A stretch of DNA of 64,000 nucleotides from NCBI RefSeq assembly GCF_009914755.1, contig NC_060929.1; one strand, written 5' to 3'. The notes under the pieces were generated by a model. It was not told where the DNA came from and ran no database searches. It worked only from the letters and a program-made list of their open reading frames with translations. Positions 1 to 50,490 of the stretch are shown here, piece after piece. Within the stretch, counting starts at the first letter, position 1. Every line of letters starts with the position of its first letter. The DNA is from the human T2T-CHM13v2.0 reference genome, Homo sapiens. The position numbers were made by a program, and so were the translations under genes.

Positions 1-2210
1 TTAGCATTTAAAATAAAGTCACTCTTGTCCCCATACCTATCCAGAAGCTGAACTGCCATGTTCTTCAGTTCTGGAGCATGCAACACTTTTTCTGAGTTGT
101 GTAAAGTCAGCACTCTGTCCTGAAATAGCTGGTTTTCACCCAATTACCCCCTTTATAATAATCCTTTAGGAAAATATGGAGGTCATGCTGGCAGTGCTTT
201 ATATGCTTGTTCACTCCCTATTATAGCGGGCCTTAGGCCCAGTTCTTTCTAGACACGTAGACTTCATCAAGCTGAGAAAAATCAGGCCCTATAGCTCGCT
301 AACATACTCTCCTGGGCCCAAGGGGCCCAAGGTCTTCCAGGCTTGCACCATTGACATGTGGAGAAAAGGAAGCTGTGGGTGAGCCAAGCCCCTCATCAGG
401 GGAGAATTACTCAAAGCTACTCCTCCTTTACAACTCCTAACCTAGTGATGAATTAGTAATATTGTGTTGGCTGAGCGATTCTCAAAGCTCCTCCTAACTT
501 AATGAATTAATAATACCGTTTTAGATGCAAATGACAGCTTGTTATCTTCCTAGGCTGTTGGCTCCAGTCTGATTTTCCTATTGAATAATTACTAGTAGAA
601 CCTTGTCATCTACAAATATAACACTGGCCAAGTTAAACGTGCATGGCTTATATTTTTAAATCTGCTCAGGCATGATTTGGAAGCACGTGCTTTGAGCTTG
701 GTAAGGAGGAATGGGCTCCCATAGGTAATGACAGACCAAAGGTGATTCCTTGGCATCCATTATCTCAAGTGCCTTGCTGTGGTCAGTGCTGCTGCACAGT
801 CAACCATTCTTGTAGCGGGATGATATCGATTTATCTGTGAAAGATCACCCCGAAAATGATGCCAGCTGCCATAGAAACAACAAGGAAATGGAGCATACCT
901 AAGAAAGTCATGTTCTTAGCCAGCACACTGAAGTTTGGCATGAGTCTATCAGTGGAATGTGAACATTTGGCTACAGCTCAGCTTTACAAAGTTAATGGGT
1001 CCATTATATACTCTGCAGAGGAACAAAAATGTACACTTGGAATAGAGTCCAGCCCATTTACAAATTTCTCATTAAGTAACAGATAAAGATTTCATGAAAT
1101 GGAAAGTGTGGTTAATGTGTGGCATGAGAATAAACATAAGAAACATGTAAGTAGTTCAGAATTTACATAATTCTAGAAATACTTTTAAGCAGAAATAAAA
1201 GCAAAGTAAGACGAATATGTTCTTGGAGGGCACAAATCTGTAAATACTGTGATTCTTTCATTTCCTTAGCATTTTCTCTAATGTTTTGCAGAGCGTTCTT
1301 TCTTAAATTAACGGCATTCACAACAGGACAAATATTTTAATTATCTCACTTGGTAACTTTCATTCCAAGATCTTTAAGTTTTATGCATGTTCTTTAACAT
1401 TAATGCTGGCAATTCTATTAAAAATTACTTACTTTTTTTTTTTAGAGTTTACAATACTTTCAATTTATAGTAATAATTAATGTTAAAACAATAGGATATT
1501 ACTCACAAAATCACACAAATAAACTCCAATTACACAAACAATAGTGTGGTCACACAAAACGGACAAAACATGGCAGAGATTTCCTTTTACTTGCTAAAGT
1601 GGAAGTGTCATTTGGCAATAGAAAAACAAGAGAATTATAATTCACTTGCTTTGACAGTTTTAAAATTATGAGACATTTGATGAACTTTTTTAAATTAGGA
1701 GAATTAACCTTATTTCAAATTTTGTAAGTAAAGTAGGACTATTAATGTTCTAACTGCTAAACAATTTTAAATGTGCATGATTTAAATATGCTTAATATGT
1801 ACCATACTATATAACCCCCACTCACAGTGCAATTCTGTTTTGGATCATTAGTAATATATCCTGAAATGGGAAGCAAGGGCCCAAAGTGCACAAAATGCCT
1901 ATAGAATCTACACTTACTGTAGGGGTAGATGCTGGTACAACCCATTCCAGGGGTTGTTTTATGATTCCAGATTGTACATGCTATTGTCAAAGATTGAAAT
2001 AACACACTTTCGGGGGAATCACTGTTCATAACTTAGTGAACAGCCTTCAGGGGTTTTCTCAGGACATGTAAGCATGCAAGCATTTTATTATGCAGCTTCT
2101 TCTGGAAAGGTAAGACTTTGGTTCAGCAGCAGGGAATTGGAGCAAGCAGACTACCTCTTTCCAAAATCACTACTGGTTTTCCTAATCACTGCTTAACTGT
2201 TTTGATTTAG

Positions 2211-40499
<38,289 letters not shown>

Positions 40500-41990
40500 C
40501 TTGTGGCTATCTTTCAGCACTCCTCTTGCATATTATAATGTAGTTTGTTCACAGTTTTGTCTTCCAATACTTTGTGAGTCTGGAAAACCACACATTTTAT
40601 TTGTATTTCAGTCACATTTATTACTCAGAGTGCCATTCTTCTCATATTGTCATGTTTGGCCCTGAGGGTGGGTGATTGCTGACAATTTTGCCAATGCTGC
40701 TGTATTTCTGGGAAAGATGTCACTTCATGTTGGGTTATAATCCCACAGAATTTACTTTAAATGTCACGTAAAAACAAATTCACCTAAGATAGTCTTGCTT
40801 ATTTTGTTGCGAAGGCCAGTGGAATATAAAAGTCAATGGCATTAATGAGGAGCACATTCTTTGCTGAGGGAAATAACAGTTTTTCCAGGCCCTAGGGTTT
40901 ATTTAGTTCAACATTGAAGATTGAAAAGACTAATGAGAAGATAACATGACAATATAAAAAGACAGAAACTCAAAAAGTATATTCACTAGAAGACAGTGGA
41001 GCCAAAGAAAAGCAAGTTGAAAAAGAAAGAGGAGACAATTTAACGAGCCCTAAAGGCAAGAAGTGTGTCTTCTCCTGCCCATTTCTCTCTCCCACAGTAC
41101 ATCCTGCATTGAACCACGTGTTGCTGGTTACTAAACTTTATGGTGTCACAAAAAGACAAATGATTGTAGGATCCATGGAAGTGCACTTAGGCTTGCTGTG
41201 GTGGAGGCCATAGTGGAGATGAAGGCTCTGCTCTGAAGCTCTTAATTGTGTATTCACCAGTGGGATGGACACCCTTTCAGCCTAAGCGTACGAGTGAAAA
41301 CAATGATGTCAAAAGACAATAGCAAGTATAGGCTACTATTTAGGGCAAAAGGAATCTTGAAATGAAAGAAACAGAACTAAAAGGCTAACTGGAGCATAAT
41401 CCTTACAGTTTTGCACTCAGGGGATTAAGTTTGAAACATAGTGTCTTTTGGCCAAATTGAACCTACTTGTAATGTGGACCAACTTACTTTACACATTTTC
41501 ATCAGTCCCAATGTATGGAATTAGCTTAGTTTTCTCATGCTTGATTAAAACAAGACAACTAAAGCTAATCATTCCTCTTCTAGACTTTGTGTATATGATT
41601 TAATCTTTTATTTTTATTTTTGTAGAATGGGGGTAAAACTACAAATCTCCTCCTCAGGGTGATATTTTTAAAGATTAAGGAGTATGACATCAATTAACAG
41701 TCTTTAAAGATGTTACATACGCTCAAAGCAATGTGATTAAGACTTTTTGCCTATTTCTTGTATAAGTTAAGGCAGCCATAAATGAAAATACAAAACAAAC
41801 GTTTGCTTTTGTATTTGATTCACAAGAGGATTCTCCCTGAGTGTCAGGGGAGGCTGTGGGACTTCACCACGTGGACAAACGAAAGCACAGGCTACTCAGA
41901 CTTGGCCACAGGTCATAGGTCAGAGAATTTTTTCTTCAAATGTAGAAATGTAAATTTTCAGCAATAAAATATCTGCATGCCTACAAAGTG
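40500..41990 (+). other. LVRN: LVRN 3' UTR (~1.5 kb; end approximate)
   Basis: Lies between the stop codon and the AATAAA at 41963, which has a GT/T-rich downstream element. Confidence 0.75.
41963..41968 (+). terminator. Polyadenylation signal AATAAA
   Basis: AATAAA, then CA about 16 nt downstream, then gtgttgt...tgttttttttt. Confidence 0.75.
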
Positions 41991-42133
41991 TTGTAGCTGA
42001 GATACCTTCCTGTTTTTTTTCTTAAACACTCATTCTATATTTCCCATATTTCCTCTGATAATGAATCTCATCTTTCAATAACTTTGTCTTCACTTGTCCT
42101 CTCAACTGCTTTTCTCTTCCTCTTCTTCTTCTG

Positions 42134-42517
42134 TGTCTTAGTCCATTTTGTGCTGCTGTCATAGAATACCTTAGACTGGGTAATTTATGAAGAACAGAGA
42201 TGAGTTTCTTACCATTCTGAAGGCTGGAGATTCCAAGGTCGAGGGGCCTGCATCTCACTAGGGCCTTCCTGCTGTGTCATCCCATGGTACAAGGCAAGAG
42301 GGCAAGAGAAAGAAGAGGGAAGAGGACTGAACTCATCTTTTTTATCAGGAACCCTCTCCCAAGACAACTAGCCAACTCCCATGATAACAGCACTAATCTA
42401 TTCATGAAGGCAGAACCTTCATGACCTAATCACCTCTTAAAAGTCCCACCTCTCAACATTGCATTGAGGATTAAGTTTCCAACACATGACCTTGGAGGGA
42501 CACATTCAAGCCATACA
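42134..42517 (-). mobile_element. MST-family MaLR solo LTR
   Basis: tgtcttagtccattttgtgctgct...agactgggtaatttat...atgacctaatcacctcttaaaagtcccacctctcaa. Confidence 0.88.
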
Positions 42518-44426
42518 TAGCTCTCTCCTCTGTTTCCACTCCCGTTCTTTCTCTATCAAGCTGCCTCTTCCCTTCTCCCCTTTTCTCCTTTCTCCTCTTT
42601 CCAGTAATCTCTGCCTTCCTTCTGCCTGGTTGTTCTTATCCTTGCTCCTTGATCTTCCTACCCAACCATGCTCTCAGTCCACCAAGCGTGCTTTGAGGCT
42701 GACACTCAGTGTCAAGAAGGCTCTGATGCCTGGTATTGGGTGATGCCAAGAACTACTGATCTTGCCAAAAGAGCATGTAGGCTGGTCTCTCCAGACTGTT
42801 AAAAGTTAAACTGAATCCTATTACATCTTAGCTTCTGTAGTAATTAAATAGTGCTGAAGGCGTTTCTCCAAAATCAAATTCCCAAATATTTAATTAATAG
42901 TCTTTCCTCTAAATATGGGGAAAAAATGGATGATATACCATTTTTACTTACTTGGATGAAGCTGGCTACTTAAGCACTGCATTTTATTATGCTTTACCTT
43001 ATACAAACTATAAAAACAAGTAATTGTTGATTGGTTTCTGTGATAGCAATAATGCAGTAACAAGTCAGGGAGTGGTACCGAGGCTGATTTTCTGTGTGGC
43101 ATAAATACTTTATTAACCAATAAAAACAGCTTATCTGTTAGCACCCCAACTATAAAATGATTTCCCTGACCCAGTCCATTTATTGTATACCTTTCATCTT
43201 GAAAATAATTAACAAAATATACAATATAGTCATGATTTTTTCCAATTTCATAATTCGAAATTAAATTTTTTCTCACAATCTTATGCTTTTTTTTTTTGCC
43301 CAACCCCATTCAGTGACTTGCCATTGTTGATTTTAAATGAAAGAACAGATGTCTTAGTGTGATGTTCAGCATTTTTTGTAATTTAGATCCCTGGGACCAA
43401 TCTGTATAGCAATTTATTCTGGGGAAGGCATGAAGAAGCAAAGTGAGATGAGATTTAAAAGGTAGCTCGTCTTAGTTACTTTTCCTGTTTAATCCATTCT
43501 TTGCTCCAATAAAAGCTATCTTTTTCTCATCCAAACTCTAGCAGGATTACCATGTTCAAAGCAAAGCCTTAGGGGATGCTTACAAGTAAATATAACTGCC
43601 TCCCCCACACAAAGAATGATTTAGCACAGTTAGCAGCATTTGAAACCATACATATGTTGCCTTTGGCTCATTCTTCTAATTCAACAAGATTTAGCAAAGG
43701 TAATCTGTACAACACATATATTTAGGAGTTATTTGGACTCTTCCTCTTCCCTTCATAAATAAGTCAGTCCTAGAGGTGAAATAGAGCAAGGTGGCATCTG
43801 AACCAGTGGGAATTGAGGGGGAGCCATGGTGGCCCATGACCTGAAGTGGGCTTAAGAGTTTGAATGGGGTGAAGAAAGAATCCACACAGAGGAGGGGAGA
43901 TCACAGTGGGATATCAGAACCCAGACAGGGTGAATAAGGTTACCACACGGTGGCGAAGGGAGTTATGACACGGTGACTTAGAGCCCAGATAGGGTGAGAA
44001 GAGTATCTAATGGGGGTTGTGTAACCCAGAATGGGTAGTTGAAGTCTTTGTGGGGTAAAGAGGATGCCCATATGTTGGAAGGCGGCCTAGTATGAGGTAT
44101 CAGAGCCTGGGGAGGGTAAGAAGGGAATCCATATGGGGAAGGACAGAGGCAGATATAGGAGGTGGGTTACCACAGGGTTATGGGTCAAACAAGAAAATAT
44201 ATCCATAATAGGATCCAGGCTTCTCACTGTTGGAGAAGGGAGTTACAGATACTCGAAGGGAACAAGAATGAACTGTTCTGGTATGGAATTGGAAGTATTT
44301 GTATGGACTCATGGTTTTCAATATATAGATAGATTTATAAGTATCTGTAAAGTATGTAATAAATAGCTGTAATATGTGTAGATATATTTTGCTCTTTATC
44401 TGTATATACATAGATACAGATATATT

Positions 44427-44480
44427 TTTTTGCCATTACTTTTAGTGGCAAAAACCAGAATTACTTTTGCACCAACCTAA
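44427..44480. mobile_element. MADE1 (Hsmar1-derived MITE), partial
   Basis: ttgccattacttttagtggcaaaaaccagaattacttttgcaccaacctaa. Confidence 0.9.
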
Positions 44481-44534
44481 TATAGCTATATCTACATCAT
44501 CTCTATCTCTATTTATATAGAGATAGAGAAAGAG

Positions 44535-44578
44535 TAAAAGTAATGGCAAAACCTGCAATTACTTTTGCACCAACCTAA
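44535..44578. mobile_element. MADE1 half element
   Basis: taaaagtaatggcaaaacctgcaattacttttgcaccaacctaa. Confidence 0.9.
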
Positions 44579-44630
44579 TGGATTTAGACTCTAGCTTCCC
44601 TCCTGAGAGACAGTAGCAGCAGTAACACCT

Positions 44631-45021
44631 AGTTATGGACTGAATGTATCCCCCAACAATTCATATGTTGAAGCTCTAACCCCCAAGGTAATAGTATTTG
44701 GAGGTGAGGACTTTGGGAGGTATTTAGGTTTAGATGAGGTCTTAAGGTTGGAGCCCACATGATGTGATAAGTGCCCTTACAAGAAGAGGAAGAGACACCA
44801 GAGCATTCTCTCACCCTCCGTGTGCATGCACCAAAAATGGCATGTGAACACAGAGAGAGGAGGCGGCTGCCTACAAGCCAGGAGGAGTGCTCTCACCAGG
44901 AACCGAAGCTGTCGGCACCTTGATACTGGACCTTCCAGCCTCCAGAACTGTGAGAAATAAATGTCTACTGCTTAAACCACCCAGTCTATGGTATATTGTT
45001 ATGGCAGCTCAAACTAAGACA
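44631..45021 (+). mobile_element. MLT1A-like MaLR solo LTR
   Basis: gttatggactgaatgt...ttcatatgttgaag...cttccagcctccagaactgtgagaaataaatg...actaagaca. Confidence 0.88.
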
Positions 45022-46499
45022 ACCCTAATAATGAGCACAGCTATTGCCCATATCTTGGCTTCTAGATGCCATTCTCCACTAAAGAACCCAAAGTTCCTTG
45101 AAGAAATGGCTGATTTCAGGGCCAGGACAGGAAGGGAAAGGGGCAATTAAAAGTGGAACATCTTTTGAAGCAAAAAGCAAGGAAGTACTAAAAAAATAAT
45201 TGGGACATACCAAATGGGCACAAAAGCCAGCTTGAAGAGAACCCCACTGGCCAAATGTGGGAAAATTTGAGAATCATAATAATAAAGGCAATAAGGGAAT
45301 AAAATAAGAAATCATGAGCTAAATAACAATTAAAATTTTGATGAGGAAGGGTATTTACATAATTTCAAAGTACTTTCCCACAAAGTACAGTTGAATAATG
45401 AAGGCAAAATGAGTAATTTACAGTGGAAAAGCCTGGCAGATGTCACCTTCATCAAGTGATGAATTCCAATGATATTCCATTGCAGTGGAATAAATAGAAA
45501 TTTTATTCCATTTAATAAGATGAAATGACAAACTACATTGTTACTCTTGTTATACTTCTAACAAAACTGCATAACATGAATCTAATAATGAAGAAAAAAC
45601 AAATTGAGGGACATGTCACAAAAATAATATCCAAGTCTCAAGGTCATGAAAGTCAAGGAAAGACAGAGGATCTGTTCTAGACTGAAGGAGCTTAGAGACA
45701 TGGCAACTGAATGTAGTGTGTGGTCCTGAACTGGTTCCTTTCGCCATAAAAGACTAACATTACTGGGACAATTGGCAAAACTTGGGTGGAGTCTGAAGAT
45801 TAGATGCTATCATTGTTAATTTCTCAACTTTGATGGCTTGTTGTATTTATGTAGAAAATATTTTGGTTGTAAGAAATATACATCAAGGAGTGAAGCAGTA
45901 ACCTATTGATTCAGGAAAAAAAATATTTTTATAGTAACTCCAGCTTTTCTGTAAGTTTCTGAATAAATTAAACTTAAATAAAGTTTATCATCTATTTGTT
46001 ACTGGAACTGCAATGCACTTTCATTTCAAGTCACTTTTTTCTTTCAAATTTGGTAATGGCCACAGCCACAATCCTGAAGTTATCTACTAAGCATTTTAAT
46101 AATTATGCCCAAGTTGGAAATTCAAGTTGTCCGAAAAGACTTAATTTCTTGTTTCAGTCAACGCTTCCCATCTTCAACCAGAGGAACTAAAAACTAAAAA
46201 TTTTAAAATGTGTTACTCTAAATTAACAAAGCTATATAAATGAAAAATAAATGTAAGTCATTACACTTTTAAATAAAACTTGTTTGAAACTTTTATATAA
46301 AAGTCTGTAGTGTTTATACTTCTAAAAATATTAAATCTTACAATTTCACTAAGCCTTTTGGGAAGACTTTTACATATACATGGGTGAATCATGTAACTTG
46401 AAATTATTATGCTAACAACTTGACTTAGTCCATGTTACAGTTATAGCTAATAATATTTTACCATTTTGTATAATCAGTACACGTCTAGATGTATAGTAA

Positions 46500-47115
46500 A
46501 GTAGTCTTCCCTTAGCTGCAGTTTCATTTTCCACAGTTTCAGTTACTCGGGGTCAACTATAGTTCAAAAATATTACATCACTACCCTGTGTTTTGGGGCC
46601 ACTATTAAGTACAATAAGGGTCACTTGAACACAAGCACTGCAATACTGCAACAGTTGCTCTAATCGCCAAGGTGACTACGTGGTGACTCATTGCCATCCA
46701 GTGGGCCAAAGCAGGAGGGCAAGAGATTTCATCGCACCACTCAGAACAGTGCACAGTTTGAAACTTAAGAGTTGTTTATTTCTGGAATTTTCCATCTACG
46801 TCACAATACCTGTGTTATTGCCCTCACTTCATCCCATCACGTAGCCATTTGACCATTTTACATCATCATAAGAAGCGTGAGTACAGTACAATAAGATATT
46901 TTGAAAGAGAAAGATACCATATTTGCATATTTTTAATTACAATGTATTGTTATAATTGTTCTATTTTATTGTTAGTTACTGTTGTTAATTTCTTACTGTG
47001 CCTAATTTATAAATTAACTTTATCTTAAGTACATATGTACAGGAAAAACCGTAGTGTATATAGAGTAGGATACTATCCATGGTTTCAGGCATCCACTGGG
47101 GACCTTGGAAGGTAG
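46500..47115. mobile_element. MER44 / Tigger7-derived element with internal inversion (46576-46795)
   Basis: Left end agtagtcttcccttagctgcagtttc...aaaatatta; right end ggtttcaggcatccactggggaccttggaa; the middle matches the reverse complement of the recalled consensus continuation. Confidence 0.8.
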
Positions 47116-47147
47116 CATATAATTCCTGATACATAGCTGTGTATTCT

Positions 47148-47469
47148 GAGTTTTTTGTTGTGGTGGTTTTTGTTTTTGTTTTTTTGAAACAGGGTGTCAC
47201 TCTGTCAATGCAGGCTGGAGTGCAGTGCTGCCATCTCCGCTCGCCGCAGCCTTGACTTCCTGGGCTCAGGTGATTCTTCCACCTCAGCCTCCTGAGTAGC
47301 TGGGACTACAGGTGTGCACCACCATGCCTGGACAATTTTTTGTATTTTTAGTTGAGATGGGGTTTCACCATGTTGCCTGGGCTGGTCTTGAGCTCCTGGG
47401 CTCAAGTGATCCACCTGCCTCAGCCTGCCAAAGTGCTGGGATTCCAGGTGTGAGCCCCCACACCCGGCC
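47148..47469 (-). mobile_element. Alu (AluJ-like)
   Basis: Antisense Alu; TSD atagct(g/a)tgtattct at 47133-47147 and 47471-47485. Confidence 0.94.
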
Positions 47470-47556
47470 TATAGCTATGTATTCTTAATTGTTACACTCT
47501 AGTAGAAGTGAAATAACAACTCTCTGCTAGGTACATATTACCACCTCCTTTTACTA

Positions 47557-47898
47557 CAGGAAATCCCCGACTTACCGTGGTTTGAGTTACTATTTTCATA
47601 CTTTCCAGTGGTGCAAAAGTGATACAAATTCAATAGTAACCATACTTTGAGTACCTACAGAGCTATTCTATTTTTTTCACTTTCAGTGTAGTATTCCATT
47701 AATTACATGAGATTTTCAACATTTTATTATAAAATAGGCTTTGTGTTGGATGATGTTGCCCAACTGGAGGCTAATGTAAGTGTTCTCAGAACATTTGAGG
47801 TACACTATGCTAAGCTATGATGTTTGGTGCATTAAATGCATTTTCAACTTACTATAGGCTTATGGGGACATAACTTCATCATAAATTAAGATCACCTG
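47557..47898 (-). mobile_element. MER47A (Tigger5-derived)
   Basis: ta|cagg..ccccgacttac ... cacctg|ta; core ttattataaaataggctttgtgtt.gatgat. Confidence 0.85.
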
Positions 47899-49114
47899 TA
47901 ATTTTTTCACTGAAGAAAATCTAACTAGATGAATAAAATTATCTTGATTTGGGTGGTACAACATGACTTCAAAATTCTAAATGGAATTTAGAGGCACAGA
48001 ATGAAAAATACAGGTAGATATTATCTACTCTATTTTAAAAATGTAGATCCTTGGATCAAGATTTTCAAAATAATAAGTTGCAGGCTTTTTAGTACAAACT
48101 CTTTCTACCCAAGCTATATTCTTAAAAGTATATTATAACTTATTTTGTTTGCTAAAAAGTTTGTTTCGTGAACAAAAGGCTGTGTGTGTATTTAAAATAG
48201 AGTATATGTTTGTGGGAATAGTGTGTATGTGAACACTTGCCTGTCCTCAGCTGAACTGCGCTTTAATTATTTTGATTGCCATGGAAAAGAAATAGCACGA
48301 TATAAAGGCTTCCTCACTTTCTTTGCTTTCTCTCACAAACAATGCCAAGCAATGAGATGAGGCTGTCACCTTCTCTGCTCTCAGGTTTCTACTGAAAGTG
48401 GACTATTTTGATGACGTGATGAGTCCTAGACTCTCAGGATTCACAGATACACATCAGAGGATTAAAGGGGCTCTAAGCATGGGGTTTGTGAGAGTTTTGG
48501 GTTTTCTATCCTCTGTGAAATGATCACCTTGTCTTTGAAAATAGTTCTTTAGTGTTAGCATGTCTTACTTGAGATCAACACAGGCGGTTAGTCCCATCAT
48601 TTCCTTTGGGTAGGGACAATCCTTAGTGATGCCAGGGCTCTCAGGGTTCATTTAGGAGATTGTCCTGAGAATGCCCCGTAACAGAGAATACCTATGGTTT
48701 CTTCCAGAAAGTGTTCCTTTGACTTGTCAATAGTGAGCAGGAGGCCTTTCTGATCACTTAGCACTAGAGGGTGGCCTCAGTATTTATGAACTCCTGTGAG
48801 AGGGCGGCAGGATGAAAGTACTAGTAGTAGCACTAGAAATGAAGTATTATTTATTTCTTCACAAGGTTGATGTTTTCCTTCACTTCCCCCAACACATACC
48901 CCCATTTTTAGAGAAATGTTACCTCCTTTTATAAATAAGTTCAGAGAGAAGTTTTGACCTGCTCAACTAGAAGTAGTACAACGAAGTAGGGAAGAGATGT
49001 GATCAGCAGGAAAATTCTTCTACCTGCTGAGTGTCTTCTGTGGGTGATATACCATATTGAGCTATGTGCTATATATGCCTTGTCTCAGCCTCAAAATACC
49101 CCTATGAGGCAGCG

Positions 49115-50490
49115 TGTCCAGTAGGCTTCAGTTAGAAAAACAGAAACCAGACTAATTTTGTTTGTTTGTTTTAGCAAAGAGATTTCAATGTTAAGGATTT
49201 GTTAAACAAGTATTAGAGAAGTGAAAAAACAAAAGAAGAACCCCAAGTTATAGCTCAGGAACTAGTTCTCAGTCTCAAAACTGGGGAATAATGGGCAAAG
49301 GTTAAAGTTACTAGAATGTAGAAGTTTGGATGAAGGAGTATAAGATTTTCATTTTGTTTGATTTCACCCAGATGTCCTTATTCCAAATCTCAGGATCTCT
49401 CTCCTTCCCAATCAATGTTCTAATGCTTGCACTTGAGCCTTGGCAAGGCTCTGAATTCAACTTGCATTGTAATGATATATCCCGCAGAGCAGCTAGAAAA
49501 CTTAAGAGACTCTTTTACAGCTGCCTTAGAAGTTTTCTGGTTCTCTGACCATGTCTCAAGCTGGTCATTTTCATCTCCTAAGCACTCCAGTGCACACAAA
49601 ATAGCTATCTCACCATATTATCCTCACAATGGTTAAACAAAGCAGCCACTTGGTCCGCGAGGACACTTGCTTCAGTAGGTACTTCATTTGTCATCAACCA
49701 CAGTGATTGCTCATTAATCGTGGGGGTACTGGGAGTCAGCACTGTATTCAAGGCCAAAGCCATGATCAAGCCTAAGCTCAGAATCTTATCTTGAGAATCT
49801 ATTTCCTAGAATTCTCTATAGTTGGTCAGGAAATCAGAAACCAAATCGGCTTTTTTGACTGCGAACTGATTACAAGGAATGGGTATTGGAGAACCAAAAT
49901 GACAAAAGAGTAAGGCTGAGAAAACATCGAGGCAGGAACTACAAGAAACAGCTAGCACTTCTAGGGTAGGGGTAACAAGGGAGGAGGTGGATTTATTAGA
50001 ACCTAGAAGCTGGTGTGGCTGCTTCAGAATCTCAGAGATAGGGCTCAGCCCAGCCAGGATCCAGACCTCAAGGAGAGGGTCAACTTGACTGGGGCTGCTG
50101 CCTCAAAAACTCAGAGGAAAGCCCCTTGGAGCTGGACTCAGACCTCTGAGGAGGAGGCTCTGGCCAGCTGCCGCTGGTATCTCTGTGGGGAACACACTAA
50201 GCTGGTCTGGGAGACTGAGGGAAGAATCCTGAGAACTGGAATTCAACAGCCACTGCCGGAAGGAAAAACCATTGCTGGGGTGATACCGACGGAAACTGGA
50301 AGCAAACAGGAAGGAGCAAGCAAGCACCTTCTTTCTCTTCCAACCTTCCACGTCCCTCAACACCCCTGTTGGCAGAGCTGGCAAAGCCAAAATGTGGTTT
50401 ACATAGTCCGAGTCCTAACATCACAAAGCAGAGCATTAAAAGGTGGTTTTGGAATTGAGAGACAATGGCTTACTCACCAACTCAGGTCAG
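49115..50490. mobile_element. Two same-orientation ancient LTR fragments (LTR78-like) at ~49115-49330 and ~49815-50490
   Basis: Both begin with a cagXXagaaaa.cagaaacca motif and share gtatt.gagaa and tta.tagaa..tagaag.t.gg; family assignment from memory. Confidence 0.5.

Larger units (their letters stand above)
43890..45990 (+). mobile_element. L1MD-like 3' region, interrupted by MADE1 pieces and an MLT1A LTR
   Basis: aatgagcacagctattgcccatatcttggcttctagatgccattctccact..., gagtaatttacagtggaaaagcctggcaga, gtcatgaaagtcaaggaaagac. Confidence 0.7.
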
